Below the pieces are notes generated by a model. It did not search any database and was not told the origin of the DNA. It saw nothing but the letters and a program-made list of their open reading frames with translations. A program made the translations under genes and the position numbers. Positions 38,423-48,554 of a DNA stretch of 64,000 nt are shown in pieces. The stretch's first letter is position 1. Each line of letters starts with the position of its first letter. The DNA lies in the NCBI GenBank assembly GCA_963724125.1, contig CAVRTJ010000011.1, positions 64,529 through 128,528 on the forward strand, read 5' to 3'. The stretch is from an uncultured Acidobacteriota bacterium (GTDB lineage: Bacteria; Acidobacteriota; UBA4820; DSQY01).

Positions 38423-39340
38423 AGAGGAGGGGAGTAGATTGAGGATTTCGGTTTTGGACTTCGGCAGACGGGAGGCCCTCGAAGGCCTGCCCGCGACCCG
38501 ATCACTGGATTACTCGGTCACTTGATCACCTTCTAATAACAGGGAGGACGGGAGGAAGGGAGTAAAGGCGGATTCAACCGCGGAGGCGCGGAGGACGCAG
38601 AGAAAAGAAGGAGGAAGACGGATCTGGGGTGGAGAACGGCTCGGGACGAGCCGTTGTAGCGGCCGGCGGAAGCCGGCCGAATTCTTGCGCCGCTATTGTG
38701 CAGGCTCCGGCCGTTGCCCGTTCCCCGCGGGCCCTTGGCCCGCGGCGCCTCTTCGCGGGTCGCCATCCGGAAAGCAAGCTTTCCCGGCCGTCGCCCCGCG
38801 CGGGGCACCCCGCGTCGTTGACGCGGCGAGGAACGGGCAACTGGGGGGGTGCAAGGATGTCCCCTAAGAGCGTCCCCCACACACCCTATCGGAAGTGCCG
38901 ACGGGAGTGGACCATCCACTTTGTAGGCCTGCGCCGCCCACATCCTCGACGTACATAGTGAAGTGATCAAGACAAAACACTGCGAATGAACAGCCTGGTC
39001 CACATTTGGGACCGCGATGGCGCGGGTCCAAAATGGCGAAGTAGCGCGAGGGAACGGGGAAGTCCCCTCGCGCATGGGCCTTCCCGCGCAAGGGCAGGAA
39101 GAAGCAGCGTGGAAAGCGAGCATCGAGGAGGGCCGGTCGAGGCCCTCCTTGAAAGGCATCCCCGTGCGGCCTGCGTCGGAACGCAGCTTTCGATGCTCCG
39201 GGTCGAAAGACCTCTATCCGGGCCGGGTCTTCCAAGCAGTCGTCGGCACTGGATTGCTTCAAGCAGAGTGTAGGGTGGGCACTCATGCCTACCGCCACGG
39301 GCTTTGCATCTATGACAACAATGAAGGATAATACTTGAGT
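38423..39340. repeat. About 0.9-kb non-coding, highly structured GC-rich region containing repeat modules (candidate structured RNA or repeat cluster)
   Basis: No credible ORF (track ORFs here are repeat-derived or Arg/Pro-rich). Contains GATCACTGG/TACTCGGTCACTTGATCACC, GCAGAGAAAAGA repeats and the AACGGCTCGGGACGAGCCGTT hairpin. A long-range inverted pair CCGTTGCCCGTTCC(38711)...GGAACGGGCAACTGG(38831) encloses the CCGCGGGCC-ctt-GGCCCGCGG, CCGGAAAGC-aa-GCTTTCCCGG and CCCCGCGCGGGG hairpins. The segment CGACGGGAGTGGACCATCCACTTTGTAGGCCTGCGCCGCCCACATCCTCGACGTACA is also found at 46960-47020. Confidence 0.6.
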
Positions 39341-39360
39341 ATTTGACTTCGGGGGACCCA

Positions 39361-41586
39361 ATGATATTGAAGGCACGCTTTCGAAGTGTACTCATCCCTG
39401 TTGCACTGTTCCTGGGGTTTGTGGCAACCATGTCAACCCAGGCCCAAAACGTATCCTATGCTCTTACGCCTGTGGGGCCACAGGGACTCGGGAGCGGGTT
39501 CCTTTTTCGATATTTCTACACAGCGACCCCCTGCGGCTATCCAACGCATCTGTTTCTAGGCAACTGGTTCGAGTCATCGGACCAAGGAGATACCTGGACT
39601 CCGATGCTGTCCCGTTATCAGGGTGTCGCAGGCCAAGTTATCGAAGACAGGAACGACCCCCAGACGGAGTACATGAGCTGCCACCCTGGCCCATTTGCCG
39701 TATCGAACGATGGTGGTCAGTCCTGGCAGGTCATCAGCACCCCCTTTGACGGGAACAACCGCGGCTGGAGCCTCGCACAAGATGCGGCGGGGGTCCTTTA
39801 CTTGCAAGCAAGCCGGGATGGCACAACGTTCTATCTCTACACCTCCTCGGATGGAGGTGCCACCTGGAAGCAGGTCTCCTTGAAGCACGGGCGGAACAAG
39901 CTGCGGGACGGCTCAAACATTATCCCCTTTTGGGCTGATCCCGTGACACCAGGTATGCTTTACGCCTTTCATGTTTCCCATAATAATAATGCTTTCCTAG
40001 TTACGAAAGACGGAGGCAAGAACTGGAAACGGAGGGAGCGGGGCATGCCGCATCGGCCCAATGGACGGCTGCCCAAGGTCTTCTATCCGACATGTTTCGC
40101 CCAGAGTTCCGTTCCTCCGTATTCTATCTATGCCTTGGGCAACCTCAAACAGGGCGCCTACTATAGCGACGATCGGGGTAAGCACTGGCACAACATCAGA
40201 ACCATGTCCGGCATGATGGGCTATTTCAGAGATGGGAGCTTGCATGTAAAGCCCGGAACCAACGATACGCTCTGGGCCTTGGCGGCCGAGAATGGAACGG
40301 GATACTCCCGGCTTGCAGAGAGCCGGGATAAGGGGAAGACCTGGACCATAAGAGGCACTCTCTTGCCCTCGGAGGGATGGACCCAGGATCAGCTTTGCGG
40401 ATGGGTGTGCCCGGCGCTTGTTCCGGACTATGCCGCCTACAACCTCATGGTCACCCAAAACGGCAACATTCTGCTCAATAAACCTCCACAAGGACTGCTG
40501 CTCTCCACCGACGGGGGAACCACATTCCAGGTGCACAATGCGGGGGCCTCCGGCTGGAGTTTCGACCAGCTGTATCGTGCAACTGACGGAACCATCTATG
40601 CCTCCAGCCATGATCCCTACTTGTGGAAGAGCAGCGACAACGGCCGATCCTGGACGTTGTGTGATTGGGCTCCCTACATTTCGGTACGGGAGCGGTCGGA
40701 TGGCGCGATTGTGGGCCCCGACTGGGGAGGCGAACTCTGGAGCTACAACCAGGGCAAGCTGGACATGGTCAGTACGGGACCACAGGGCCGGGGCGGCAAT
40801 CCCGTGATGGAACTGGTTGGCTCCGGCTCTGCTCAACGGATCATACTGGGTGGTTGCCAAGGTTACGCGTCGTTCTTCCAGTCAGACGACATGGGTTCCA
40901 CCTGGACAGCCCTGGGGACGGTGCCCGGCTTGACCGGACTTACTGAACTATTCGCCGATCCCCGCAATGCCAACAATCTCATCGTGGCCGGATGGAATGG
41001 AAATCCGGGATGCGGACCCTACGACAGCCCTTACGATTCTCTGGCGGGTGGAATCTATTACAGCTCCGACGGCGGCGCCACGTGGACCGCCGCCTTGGAT
41101 GGCAACACCATCGGGGGTGTGACGTGCCTGTTCCGCGACAAGAACAACCCGGATATCCTCGTCGCCTCGGCCATGGGTTACGCCCAATTCCCTGGCGCGC
41201 AAGGGGGCATCTTCGTGTCCATGGACGGGGGAAAGTCCTGGCAGAAGCGGGATGACGGCTTGCCGTCCTTTGTGACCAGCAATGACGATCCGCAAATCTC
41301 TGCCGTAGTGTCGCCTCCCGACGGCCAGACGCTCTATGCCGCAGTGCAGCTCAACGGTGGTATCTACCGATCGGACGATCTGGGGCTAACTTGGACCAAG
41401 ATCGCCGATCTGCCTATGCCCATGCCGGAGGATTACATACAGAACCATCTATGTGACCTTACGATTCGCCGCACGGCCGTGACCCAGATTTTGCCCCTCA
41501 ACGACGGCACCGGTGATCTGCTCATAGCCACCATGGGCCAGGGACTCTTCATCGGAGAGCCGTCAGCCCCAGATCCCGTTCCTTAG
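39361..41586 (+). CDS. Secreted BNR/Asp-box repeat (beta-propeller) protein
   Basis: Signal peptide MILKARFRSVLIPVALFLGFVATMSTQAQN. At least 12 SxDxGxTW-type boxes (SDQGDTWT, SNDGGQSWQ, SSDGGATWK, TKDGGKNWK, SDDRGKHWH, SRDKGKTWT, STDGGTTFQ, SSDNGRSWT, SDDMGSTWT, SSDGGATWT, SMDGGKSWQ, SDDLGLTWT). Confidence 0.8.
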   Translation: MILKARFRSVLIPVALFLGFVATMSTQAQNVSYALTPVGPQGLGSGFLFRYFYTATPCGYPTHLFLGNWFESSDQGDTWTPMLSRYQGVAGQVIEDRNDPQTEYMSCHPGPFAVSNDGGQSWQVISTPFDGNNRGWSLAQDAAGVLYLQASRDGTTFYLYTSSDGGATWKQVSLKHGRNKLRDGSNIIPFWADPVTPGMLYAFHVSHNNNAFLVTKDGGKNWKRRERGMPHRPNGRLPKVFYPTCFAQSSVPPYSIYALGNLKQGAYYSDDRGKHWHNIRTMSGMMGYFRDGSLHVKPGTNDTLWALAAENGTGYSRLAESRDKGKTWTIRGTLLPSEGWTQDQLCGWVCPALVPDYAAYNLMVTQNGNILLNKPPQGLLLSTDGGTTFQVHNAGASGWSFDQLYRATDGTIYASSHDPYLWKSSDNGRSWTLCDWAPYISVRERSDGAIVGPDWGGELWSYNQGKLDMVSTGPQGRGGNPVMELVGSGSAQRIILGGCQGYASFFQSDDMGSTWTALGTVPGLTGLTELFADPRNANNLIVAGWNGNPGCGPYDSPYDSLAGGIYYSSDGGATWTAALDGNTIGGVTCLFRDKNNPDILVASAMGYAQFPGAQGGIFVSMDGGKSWQKRDDGLPSFVTSNDDPQISAVVSPPDGQTLYAAVQLNGGIYRSDDLGLTWTKIADLPMPMPEDYIQNHLCDLTIRRTAVTQILPLNDGTGDLLIATMGQGLFIGEPSAPDPVP

Positions 41587-41613
41587 GCAGAGTGAAATGT
41601 GAGGTGAAAGACG

Positions 41614-41844
41614 ATGACGAAAGAGAAGTGGAAATACATCCTGATCGGGTTCCTGGCGGCGCTGGCGCTGGTCGTCTCGCTGGGCGCGGTTGGGGCCAGT
41701 GCGAAGGGCAAGTACAGCATTGCGTGCACGCGAACCACCGCATTCGTCCTCAACACGCAAACGGGCGAGGTGAAGGTCGCGTGGGCCGAAGCGAACGGCT
41801 CTCAGTTGAACAAGCCCTTCACCGAAATGAAAGCGCGGCCCTAG
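41614..41844 (+). CDS. Small secreted/membrane hypothetical protein (76 aa)
   Basis: MTKEKWKYILIGFLAALALVVSLGAVGASA... signal-like N-terminus. No homology recognised. Confidence 0.35.
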   Translation: MTKEKWKYILIGFLAALALVVSLGAVGASAKGKYSIACTRTTAFVLNTQTGEVKVAWAEANGSQLNKPFTEMKARP

Positions 41845-41904
41845 CAGGCGGGTTAGTAAGGAAGAGCGAAAAGGAGAAAGGTGTCGGCCGACGGGGATCG
41901 GCTG

Positions 41905-41975
41905 CTGTAACGGTTCGTCCCAGGCCGCTTCTAAATCCCAAATCCCAATTCCAAAATCGCAAATCTTCCCCCCTC
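41905..41975. repeat. Mosaic intergenic repeat (reverse orientation heptad module)
   Basis: gtaacggttcgtcccaggccgcttcTAAATCCCAAATCCCAATTCCAAAATCGCAAATCttcccccc is the reverse complement of the heptad-plus-hairpin module. Confidence 0.7.
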
Positions 41976-42111
41976 CGCATCCGCCCGCCGTGTGCTTGTG
42001 CTAAGCTGGAACCTGAATTCATTGCCGCCGCAGTTTTGTACTTACGGCGGGAGCATGACAAATCGTGCGGCGCGACAGGCGCCCGGTGTTTGATCGACAG
42101 GAGTGAAAAAC

Positions 42112-42723
42112 ATGTTCAAGTGGATAGCCCTCGGGCTGATAGCGGTTCTTCTTGTTGTGGGCCTCGGGTGCGCGGCGTACGTGGCCAGCACCTACAACCA
42201 CCTCGTGCGCCTCGACCAGGCCGTGCAGGCCCAGTGGGCGCAGGTGGAAAACGTCTACCAGCGGAGACTCGATCTTATCCCCAATCTCGTCGCGACGGTC
42301 AAGGGCGCCGCGAATTTCGAGAAGAGCACCTACACGGCGGTCACCGAAGCGCGATCCCGCGTGGGGCAGATCTCTCCCGAAACCATCCAGAAGGCCGCCA
42401 ACGACCCGGCCGCGTTCAAGCAGTTCACGCAGGCGCAGGCGAACCTGGGCTCGGCGCTTTCGAGACTGCTCGTGACGGTGGAAAGATACCCGGATTTGAA
42501 GGCCACCCAGAATTTTCGGGATCTCCAGGCTCAGCTCGAGGGAACGGAAAACAGAATCGCAGTGGAACGGATGCGTTTCAACCAGGCGGCGCAGGCCTTC
42601 AACAGCACGCGGCAGAGTTTTCCCACGAACATGGTCGCGGGCTTCTTCGGCAGCCGATTCAACGAGAAACCCTATTTCAAGGCGGAGGCCGGGGCCGAGA
42701 AACCTCCAACGGTGAAGTTCTAG
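42112..42723 (+). CDS. LemA family protein
   Basis: MFKWIALGLIAVLLVVGLGCAAYVASTYNHLVRLDQAVQAQWAQVENVYQRRLDLIPNLV.... RBS CAGGAG. A GTG alternative start lies at 42103. Confidence 0.85.
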   Translation: MFKWIALGLIAVLLVVGLGCAAYVASTYNHLVRLDQAVQAQWAQVENVYQRRLDLIPNLVATVKGAANFEKSTYTAVTEARSRVGQISPETIQKAANDPAAFKQFTQAQANLGSALSRLLVTVERYPDLKATQNFRDLQAQLEGTENRIAVERMRFNQAAQAFNSTRQSFPTNMVAGFFGSRFNEKPYFKAEAGAEKPPTVKF

Positions 42724-42726
42724 TCG

Positions 42727-43476
42727 ATGAGACGGTTTTCCGGTCTACTGCTAACCATCCTGCTGGCGTGCTTCGCGCTGTCCGTCGCCGCCGCCGAGGT
42801 GCCCGTTCCCCCTTCGCCGCACCAGTGGGTCACGGACACCGCCGGCTTTCTTTCCCCCGGTACCGCACAGGCCTTGAATTCCAGGCTCCGCGCCTTTGAT
42901 AAGGCCACGGGCGACCAGGTCATTGTCTACATAGGCCAATCCACCGGCGACACGCCGCTCGAAGACTGGTGCGTCAAGGCCTTTAAGAAGTGGGCCGTGG
43001 GACAGAAGGGCAAGGACAACGGCCTCGTGATCTTCATCATGGCCAGGGACCAGAAGATCCACATCGAAGTCGGCTACGGCCTTGAAGGGACGGTACCGGA
43101 CGTCATCGCCTTCCGGATTATCCAGGAGATCATGTTGCCCCGCATCCGGGCCGGCGACAGGGACGGGGCCGTGACGGCGGGCGTCGACGCCGTGCTCCAG
43201 ACCATAAACCCGAAGCTCGCGGCGGCGACGAAGGGTGGCGCGCCCGCCGCGGCGCCGGTCGTGAGGACGAGGCGCAGCATCAGCCTCGGCCAGATCATCC
43301 TGTTCGTCATCCTGGGGATAGGATTTCTGATACTCCTTGCCACGAACCCTTCGCTCGCGCTCTTCCTGCTCTTCAGCATCCTGTCCGGCGGGCGGGGCGG
43401 GGGCATGGGAGGAGGCGGCGGTTTCAGCGGCGGCGGCGGGAGCTCGGGCGGCGGCGGCGCCTCGGGAGGATGGTGA
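42727..43476 (+). CDS. TPM-domain (YgcG-like) secreted/membrane protein with Gly-rich C-terminal tail
   Basis: Signal peptide, then ...VTDTAGFLSPGTAQALNSRLRAFDKATGDQVIVYI...GLVIFIMARDQKIHIEVGYGLEG..., a TM helix, then a (G)n tail. Confidence 0.8.
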   Translation: MRRFSGLLLTILLACFALSVAAAEVPVPPSPHQWVTDTAGFLSPGTAQALNSRLRAFDKATGDQVIVYIGQSTGDTPLEDWCVKAFKKWAVGQKGKDNGLVIFIMARDQKIHIEVGYGLEGTVPDVIAFRIIQEIMLPRIRAGDRDGAVTAGVDAVLQTINPKLAAATKGGAPAAAPVVRTRRSISLGQIILFVILGIGFLILLATNPSLALFLLFSILSGGRGGGMGGGGGFSGGGGSSGGGGASGGW

Positions 43477-43494
43477 TTTCATGAGGAGCGGACC

Positions 43495-43950
43495 ATGTTC
43501 GGAATAAGCAGGCGGAAGCTTCGTCGGCTGATCGATACCGACAAGGTCAAAGAGGCCATCGTCCGGGCCGAGCACATGACCTCGGGCGAGGTCCGCGTGT
43601 CCGTGTCGTCCTTCTTCTGGGGCAACGCACACAAGGTGGCGGAGAAGGCCTTCGTGAGGATGGGCATGGCGAATACCGAGCACCGTAACGGCGTGCTGAT
43701 ATTCGTCGTCCCGTCGAGGAAGCGGTTCGTCATACTCGGCGATAAGGGCATCCACGAAAAGGTCGGACAGAGCTTCTGGGACGACGTGCGGGACGCCATG
43801 TCGGACAGGTTCCGCGAGGGGGACTTCACCGGTGGACTGGTTCACGGCATCACCGAGGTGGGCCTCAAACTCAAGGATCACTTCCCCTACGAGGGGGAGA
43901 AGGACGTCAACGAACTGCCCGACGACGTGGATTTCGGCGGGGACGACTGA
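43495..43950 (+). CDS. TPM-domain protein (cytoplasmic paralogue of the LemA-TPM-TPM triad)
   Basis: ...AEHMTSGEVRVSVSSFFWGNAHKVAEKAFVRMGMANTEHRNGVLIFVVPSRKRFVILGDKGIHEKVG.... Confidence 0.75.
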   Translation: MFGISRRKLRRLIDTDKVKEAIVRAEHMTSGEVRVSVSSFFWGNAHKVAEKAFVRMGMANTEHRNGVLIFVVPSRKRFVILGDKGIHEKVGQSFWDDVRDAMSDRFREGDFTGGLVHGITEVGLKLKDHFPYEGEKDVNELPDDVDFGGDD

Positions 43951-43976
43951 GCCGCCGGGGGGCGAGGGGGGACCCG

Positions 43977-44729
43977 ATGTCGCAGAAAAGACTGCTGCTG
44001 CTCAGCAATTCGACGAACCCCGGCGAACCGTACCTCACGTGGCCGCTGGGCCACATCGGGGACTTTCTGGGCGGCGGGATCAAGCGGGTCTTCTTCGTGC
44101 CCTATGCCGGCGTGAGCATCACCTGGGACGACTACACGGCCAGGGTGCGGGAACGCTTCGAATCGTTGGGGATCGAAGTGACGGCGGCCCACGAGACCGG
44201 CCAACCGGCCGAGGCGGCCCGCCGGGCCGAAGCGGTGGTCGTCGGCGGGGGCAATACGTGGAACCTGCTCAAGACCCTCTATGAAACGGAAGTCCTCCAC
44301 GCCGTCAAGACCCGCGTCGAAGAAGGCGCTCCGTATATCGGATGGAGCGCTGGCTCGAACGTGGCGTGCCCCACGATCAAGACGACCAACGACATGCCCA
44401 TCGTCGAGCCGCCTTCGATGACGGCCCTCGGCCTCGTACGCTTCCAGATCAATCCCCACTTCACCGCGGGGCGGCTTGAAGGTCAGCCGGGCGAGACGCG
44501 CGAGGAACGCATCGCCGAGTTCCTGGAAGCAAACCCCGGCATCCCCGTGATCGGCCTGCAAGAGGGCACGGCGCTGCGCGTCGAGGGCCACGGAATCGAG
44601 TTCCTCGGGAGCAAGCCGGCAAAGGTATTCCTCAAAGGTGCCGCACCCCTGGAATGTGGAACGAATGATTCTCTCCAATTTCTTATGACAGTGACAGGCC
44701 CCGGGAAGCGGGCACCCCGGCGTCCCTGA
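43977..44729 (+). CDS. pepE: Dipeptidase E (peptidase S51)
   Basis: MSQKRLLLLSNSTNPGEPYLTW...AEAVVVGGGNTWNLLKTLYE...YIGWSAGSNVACPTIKTTNDMPIVEPPS.... Confidence 0.85.
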   Translation: MSQKRLLLLSNSTNPGEPYLTWPLGHIGDFLGGGIKRVFFVPYAGVSITWDDYTARVRERFESLGIEVTAAHETGQPAEAARRAEAVVVGGGNTWNLLKTLYETEVLHAVKTRVEEGAPYIGWSAGSNVACPTIKTTNDMPIVEPPSMTALGLVRFQINPHFTAGRLEGQPGETREERIAEFLEANPGIPVIGLQEGTALRVEGHGIEFLGSKPAKVFLKGAAPLECGTNDSLQFLMTVTGPGKRAPRRP

Positions 44730-44977
44730 GTCCCGCGGTCTGCGGCTTTCGGCGCAGGCCGTTTCGTGACGGCACGCCCCGCGCCGCCTCCGGCGGTCTT
44801 CATGGTACAATGCCGCCAGATCGAACCCTGTTGTCGCGTTTGGCACATGGGTGGACGAACTCGGAGGTTGGATGGCCGATTGCCCTTTATTGCACCCCGA
44901 AGGCCAGAATGGCAAAATTTCGAAGGACGCCGTAAACGCCTTGCCGCTCGGGCGGTTTCGAAGGCCACGTCCACCTG

Positions 44978-45526
44978 GTGCGATCGGAGCACCAGCTCGC
45001 GAAAGCCCTTCGGGAACTCAAGGGTGAGAGGCTGCTGGGTTTCGATACCGAGACCAAGCCATGCTACAGAAAGGGCGAATTCAACCCCGTCTCCCTGCTC
45101 CAGCTCGCCGGGTCCAGGGACGTTTACCTCTTTCAACTCGGGGAGTCCTGGGGCTGCCGGAAGGGACTCCGCGGACTGCTCTCCAATCCCGCCGTCGTGA
45201 AGAGTGGCGTGGCGATCGATCAGGACGTCAGACAACTGACCGCCCTCGAGCCTTTCGAGCCGAGGGGGTTCCTGGACCTCGCCGAATGGGCGCGCGAGCT
45301 GGGCATCAAGACGGGCGGGCTTCGCGGCCTTGCCGCTCTGCTTCTCGGTTTCCGCATAAGCAAGGGCGCACGAACGAGCAACTGGGCACGCGAGAACCTG
45401 ACGTCCGCCCAGGTCCGCTACGCGGCGACTGATGCGTGGGTGGGACGGGAGACTGCTAGTCTGAGGCCGCGATCGAACGCCTGCGAGAGCACCCGGCCCC
45501 CGCCGCGCCTCACACCTGAATCGTAA
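44978..45526 (+). CDS. 3'-5' exonuclease domain protein (RNase D / DnaQ-like fold), GTG start
   Basis: ...LLGFDTETKP...PVSLLQLA...VYLFQL...VKSGVAIDQDVRQL...YAATDAW are the DEDDy exonuclease motifs. Its 3' end overlaps the convergent chrA ORF. Confidence 0.6.
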   Translation: MRSEHQLAKALRELKGERLLGFDTETKPCYRKGEFNPVSLLQLAGSRDVYLFQLGESWGCRKGLRGLLSNPAVVKSGVAIDQDVRQLTALEPFEPRGFLDLAEWARELGIKTGGLRGLAALLLGFRISKGARTSNWARENLTSAQVRYAATDAWVGRETASLRPRSNACESTRPPPRLTPES

Positions 45527-46725
45527 GTCTTGCACGCGGCCCATACGAGCGACTGCCAACACCAGCCCAGCACTGCGCTACCGAACATTATCCAAATCGG
45601 ACTGATCTTGTAGCGGATTAGCAGGAGGGTGGCCAGAGGGATGATGGTCAGTACCTCCCAGCCGTGAATCCCGCCGAACATGAGGTGGACGGCGGCCGAC
45701 CCCATCAACCCTACCACAGCCGGGCGGACACCGTTCAGAAACGACGCCACGGCCGGGTTGTTCTTCCACCGGTCCAGCGAATAGCCGAACAGAAGGCTCA
45801 ACACGTAGGATGGCAGAAAGACCGCCGTCGAAGCCACCCACGCGCCCACGAGCCCCGCGACCTTGTAGCCCACGAAGGTCGCGGTGATGACGACGGGCCC
45901 GGGCGTGAGCTGCCCCAGGGCCATGCCGTCCGCGAACTGCTTGGCCGTGAGCCAGTGGTAGTGGTTGACGACCTCCTTCTGGATCATGGGGATCATGACG
46001 AAGCCGCCGCCGAAGGTGACGAGCCCCACCCGGACGAAGAAGAGCCCCAGAGCCCCCAGCACGGCCAAAGTGCCCGCCGTGCCCAGCAGCGCGGGCCAGG
46101 CGGTTTTGAAGCCTCCCACGATGGCCGGGATCCTGCAGGAGGGCCCCGCTTCGTCCTCGTCTTTTCCGTTGCCGTTCCGCCTTTCCGGGCAGAGGACCAT
46201 GCCCGCGGCCCCGGAGCCCAGGACGATTTCCACGATCCCGATCTGCGGGACCAGCGAGGCCACGAAAGCGAGGAAGGCCATGATCCAGCCGAAGCGGCAC
46301 CGGATGGACTCGGGCTTGGCCAGCTCCCAGGTCACGGCCAGGATGAGTCCCACGACACCCGCGACCATGCCGTTGAGCATCTGGCTGACCAGCGACAGGT
46401 GGCTGATGGAATCGTAGGCCATGGACAGGCCGATCATGAGGATGAAGGACGGCAGCATGAAGCCCCAGCCAGCGAGCGTGGCGCCCCAGAAACCCTCCAT
46501 CCGGAGGCCCAGGTAGGTCATGGCGTTGAAGGAGATGGCGCCGGGCAGGGACTGGGAGAGCGCGGCCGCGTTGAGAAAGTCGTCTTCCGAGCACGTTTTC
46601 TTTCTCTTCACGAACTCGCTGTGGATAAGCGACAGCACGGCCATGCCGCCGCCGAACCCTATGCAGCCGAGCTTCAGCGACGTGAGAAGGAGCCTCAGTT
46701 TTCGCTTGAACTCCCCCTTCTCCAT
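45418..46725 (-). CDS. chrA: Chromate transporter ChrA (two CHR domains); C-terminal extension possibly artefactual
   Basis: MEKGEFKRKLRLLLTSLKLGCIGFGGGMAVLSLIH...TLAVLGALGLFFVRVGLVTFGGGFVMIPMIQKEVV...LTPGPVVITATFVGYK.... Confidence 0.8.
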   Translation of the reverse strand: MEKGEFKRKLRLLLTSLKLGCIGFGGGMAVLSLIHSEFVKRKKTCSEDDFLNAAALSQSLPGAISFNAMTYLGLRMEGFWGATLAGWGFMLPSFILMIGLSMAYDSISHLSLVSQMLNGMVAGVVGLILAVTWELAKPESIRCRFGWIMAFLAFVASLVPQIGIVEIVLGSGAAGMVLCPERRNGNGKDEDEAGPSCRIPAIVGGFKTAWPALLGTAGTLAVLGALGLFFVRVGLVTFGGGFVMIPMIQKEVVNHYHWLTAKQFADGMALGQLTPGPVVITATFVGYKVAGLVGAWVASTAVFLPSYVLSLLFGYSLDRWKNNPAVASFLNGVRPAVVGLMGSAAVHLMFGGIHGWEVLTIIPLATLLLIRYKISPIWIMFGSAVLGWCWQSLVWAACKTYDSGVRRGGGRVLSQAFDRGLRLAVSRPTHASVAA

Positions 46726-46929
46726 GACGAGGATAAGGTACCCGGAACCGCGCTCTGGTGCAAGCCGCCGCGCGGAAGGGCTAAGAGCTAAGGCCAAAGG
46801 GCTAAAGGCAGGACGGTAGGCGGGGTGCCTTTGTATCGGCCGATTCCTATCAACCCAAGGTCCAGATGAACACGGCCACGCCGGCCCGACGTTTCGCGCA
46901 CCGCGGCCTGGTGCCATCACCTCGTGACG

Positions 46930-47240
46930 CAGCCCCCACCCCTTGAAAGAAGCATCGACGGGAGCGGACCATCCGCTTTGTCGGCCTGTGCCGCCCTCAT
47001 CCTCGACGTACAAAAGTACGACTGCGGTGTGAGCGGCTTGCCCTTCGCGCGCCTGGCCCACTCGCGTCGAGATGCGGCCTTTCGGTCGATCTTCGATCAG
47101 CCGAAAGCCCTCTTGAGGGAAGAACCTTCGAAGGTCAACCACCGACCAGATCCCTTGGTCACTCGATCACTCGATCACTGCGCCAACAGGCGCACAAGAC
47201 ACTAAACCCTGGACACTAAACACTGCCTGCCCGCAGGCAG
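46930..47240. repeat. Mosaic intergenic repeat array (divergent chrA / hypothetical-gene intergenic region)
   Basis: CGACGGGAGCGGACCATCCGCTTTGTCGGCCTGTGCCGCCCTCATCCTCGACGTACA (also at 38897-38955), CCTTCGAAGGTCAACC, GGTCACTCGATCACTCGATCACTG, and ACACTAAACCCTGGACACTAAACACTG. Confidence 0.75.
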
Positions 47241-47429
47241 CCGACTACAACTCTGGTTGGGGGTCAAATGGGTTCGGAGGTATTATATTAGGCGTCTTCA
47301 GGAAACTGCAGAGGAGGGAAGAGCGCAAGAAACCAGCCCTGACACTATTTGTGCTTGACACTGTTCTTGCTTGGTGTGAAAGAACGGGAAAGCAAGTCGA
47401 GGAGCCAGCGAATTCGAGGAAGAGCAATC

Positions 47430-48041
47430 ATGAGAAAACGCCTGTCATCACTCCCGGTAGTCTTCATCCTATGCGTACTAACCGCACCGTGCTTCGGCGC
47501 CGGCCCCGATGTTCGGGATGTCGTGACCAATCCGATCACCGGCGTTGCTCTTGGCGACTTTGGAGGCTGGATCTATAAAAGTTCCAGCGACAAAAAGGAA
47601 TGGGCCAAGCTCATCCCCGGCATTTGTCCGCAGTGGTATCCTGACGGCAAAAGATTTGTTTTCTTTTTACCCATTGGCTACAGTGTTTCCGCGCAACTGT
47701 GGAGCGCTGATGCAACCGGTGAGGCCCGGTATATCCTCAGCAAGTCTGAGTACTTCATTGCGTCTGGAGACAGCCCGGTTGTATCGATGGACTCAAAGGA
47801 AATTGCATATCACTATTCTACGTGTCACCAATCCGGATTCTACGAGGATATCGTAGTGATCGACCTCCGTGAGATGCGCTATCCTTCGATGATCTGCGAT
47901 GCGAAGGTGGTCTATCGGGCCAAGCCGTATTCGTCCATCCGAGGGTTGCGCTGGATCGACAGGTACCGTTTGCAAGTGACCGTGAACGGCAAGACCATCA
48001 TGATCGATACGCACGTCAAAGGTGAGGAACAACGCTCCTAG
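47430..48041 (+). CDS. Hypothetical secreted protein (about 52% GC, atypical for this genome)
   Basis: RBS AGGAAGAG then ATG. Signal peptide MRKRLSSLPVVFILCVLTAPCFGA. No recognisable domains. GC clearly below the 63-65% of flanking genes. Confidence 0.6.
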   Translation: MRKRLSSLPVVFILCVLTAPCFGAGPDVRDVVTNPITGVALGDFGGWIYKSSSDKKEWAKLIPGICPQWYPDGKRFVFFLPIGYSVSAQLWSADATGEARYILSKSEYFIASGDSPVVSMDSKEIAYHYSTCHQSGFYEDIVVIDLREMRYPSMICDAKVVYRAKPYSSIRGLRWIDRYRLQVTVNGKTIMIDTHVKGEEQRS

Positions 48042-48554
48042 TGTGCACGATGGGGTCACGGAGGAAACGGTGCCGGGTCTTGTTTCTTGCACTTGAACCG
48101 TTGTCCACTCCACCGCCCCTTGGCCTGGGGTAGGCGCTTTGCGCTCACGGGAGGCTCCCGCATTTATGCTGGGGAGAGCACGATTACAAACGTGAATGGC
48201 TTGAAAAATTACGCCTATGCATTACGTTTTTTAATACAGGTCATGCTGTGTGTGCGGTGGAAAGTTACAGGGTGGGCGTGGTTGTTTCAACGAGTGGTGG
48301 TTACCAGTAGGCTATGAGACCGAAGCGGAAGAATATGCACGTGTTGTTTTCGAATCGTTAGTTGGACAGTGGGTACGGCTCATGACTTAGAGTGCGCCTG
48401 AAAAAGCCCTGACCCGACATTCAAGAGGGACGAACTAAAGTGCGCTGCTTAATTCACGCCAGGCCAATGAAGGGGAATTGCGACAATCCGTGTACAAATC
48501 GACAGGAAGAAAAGGCTGGAGCAAGAAAGCAGTTGCAATAGGAGAATATAAGCT

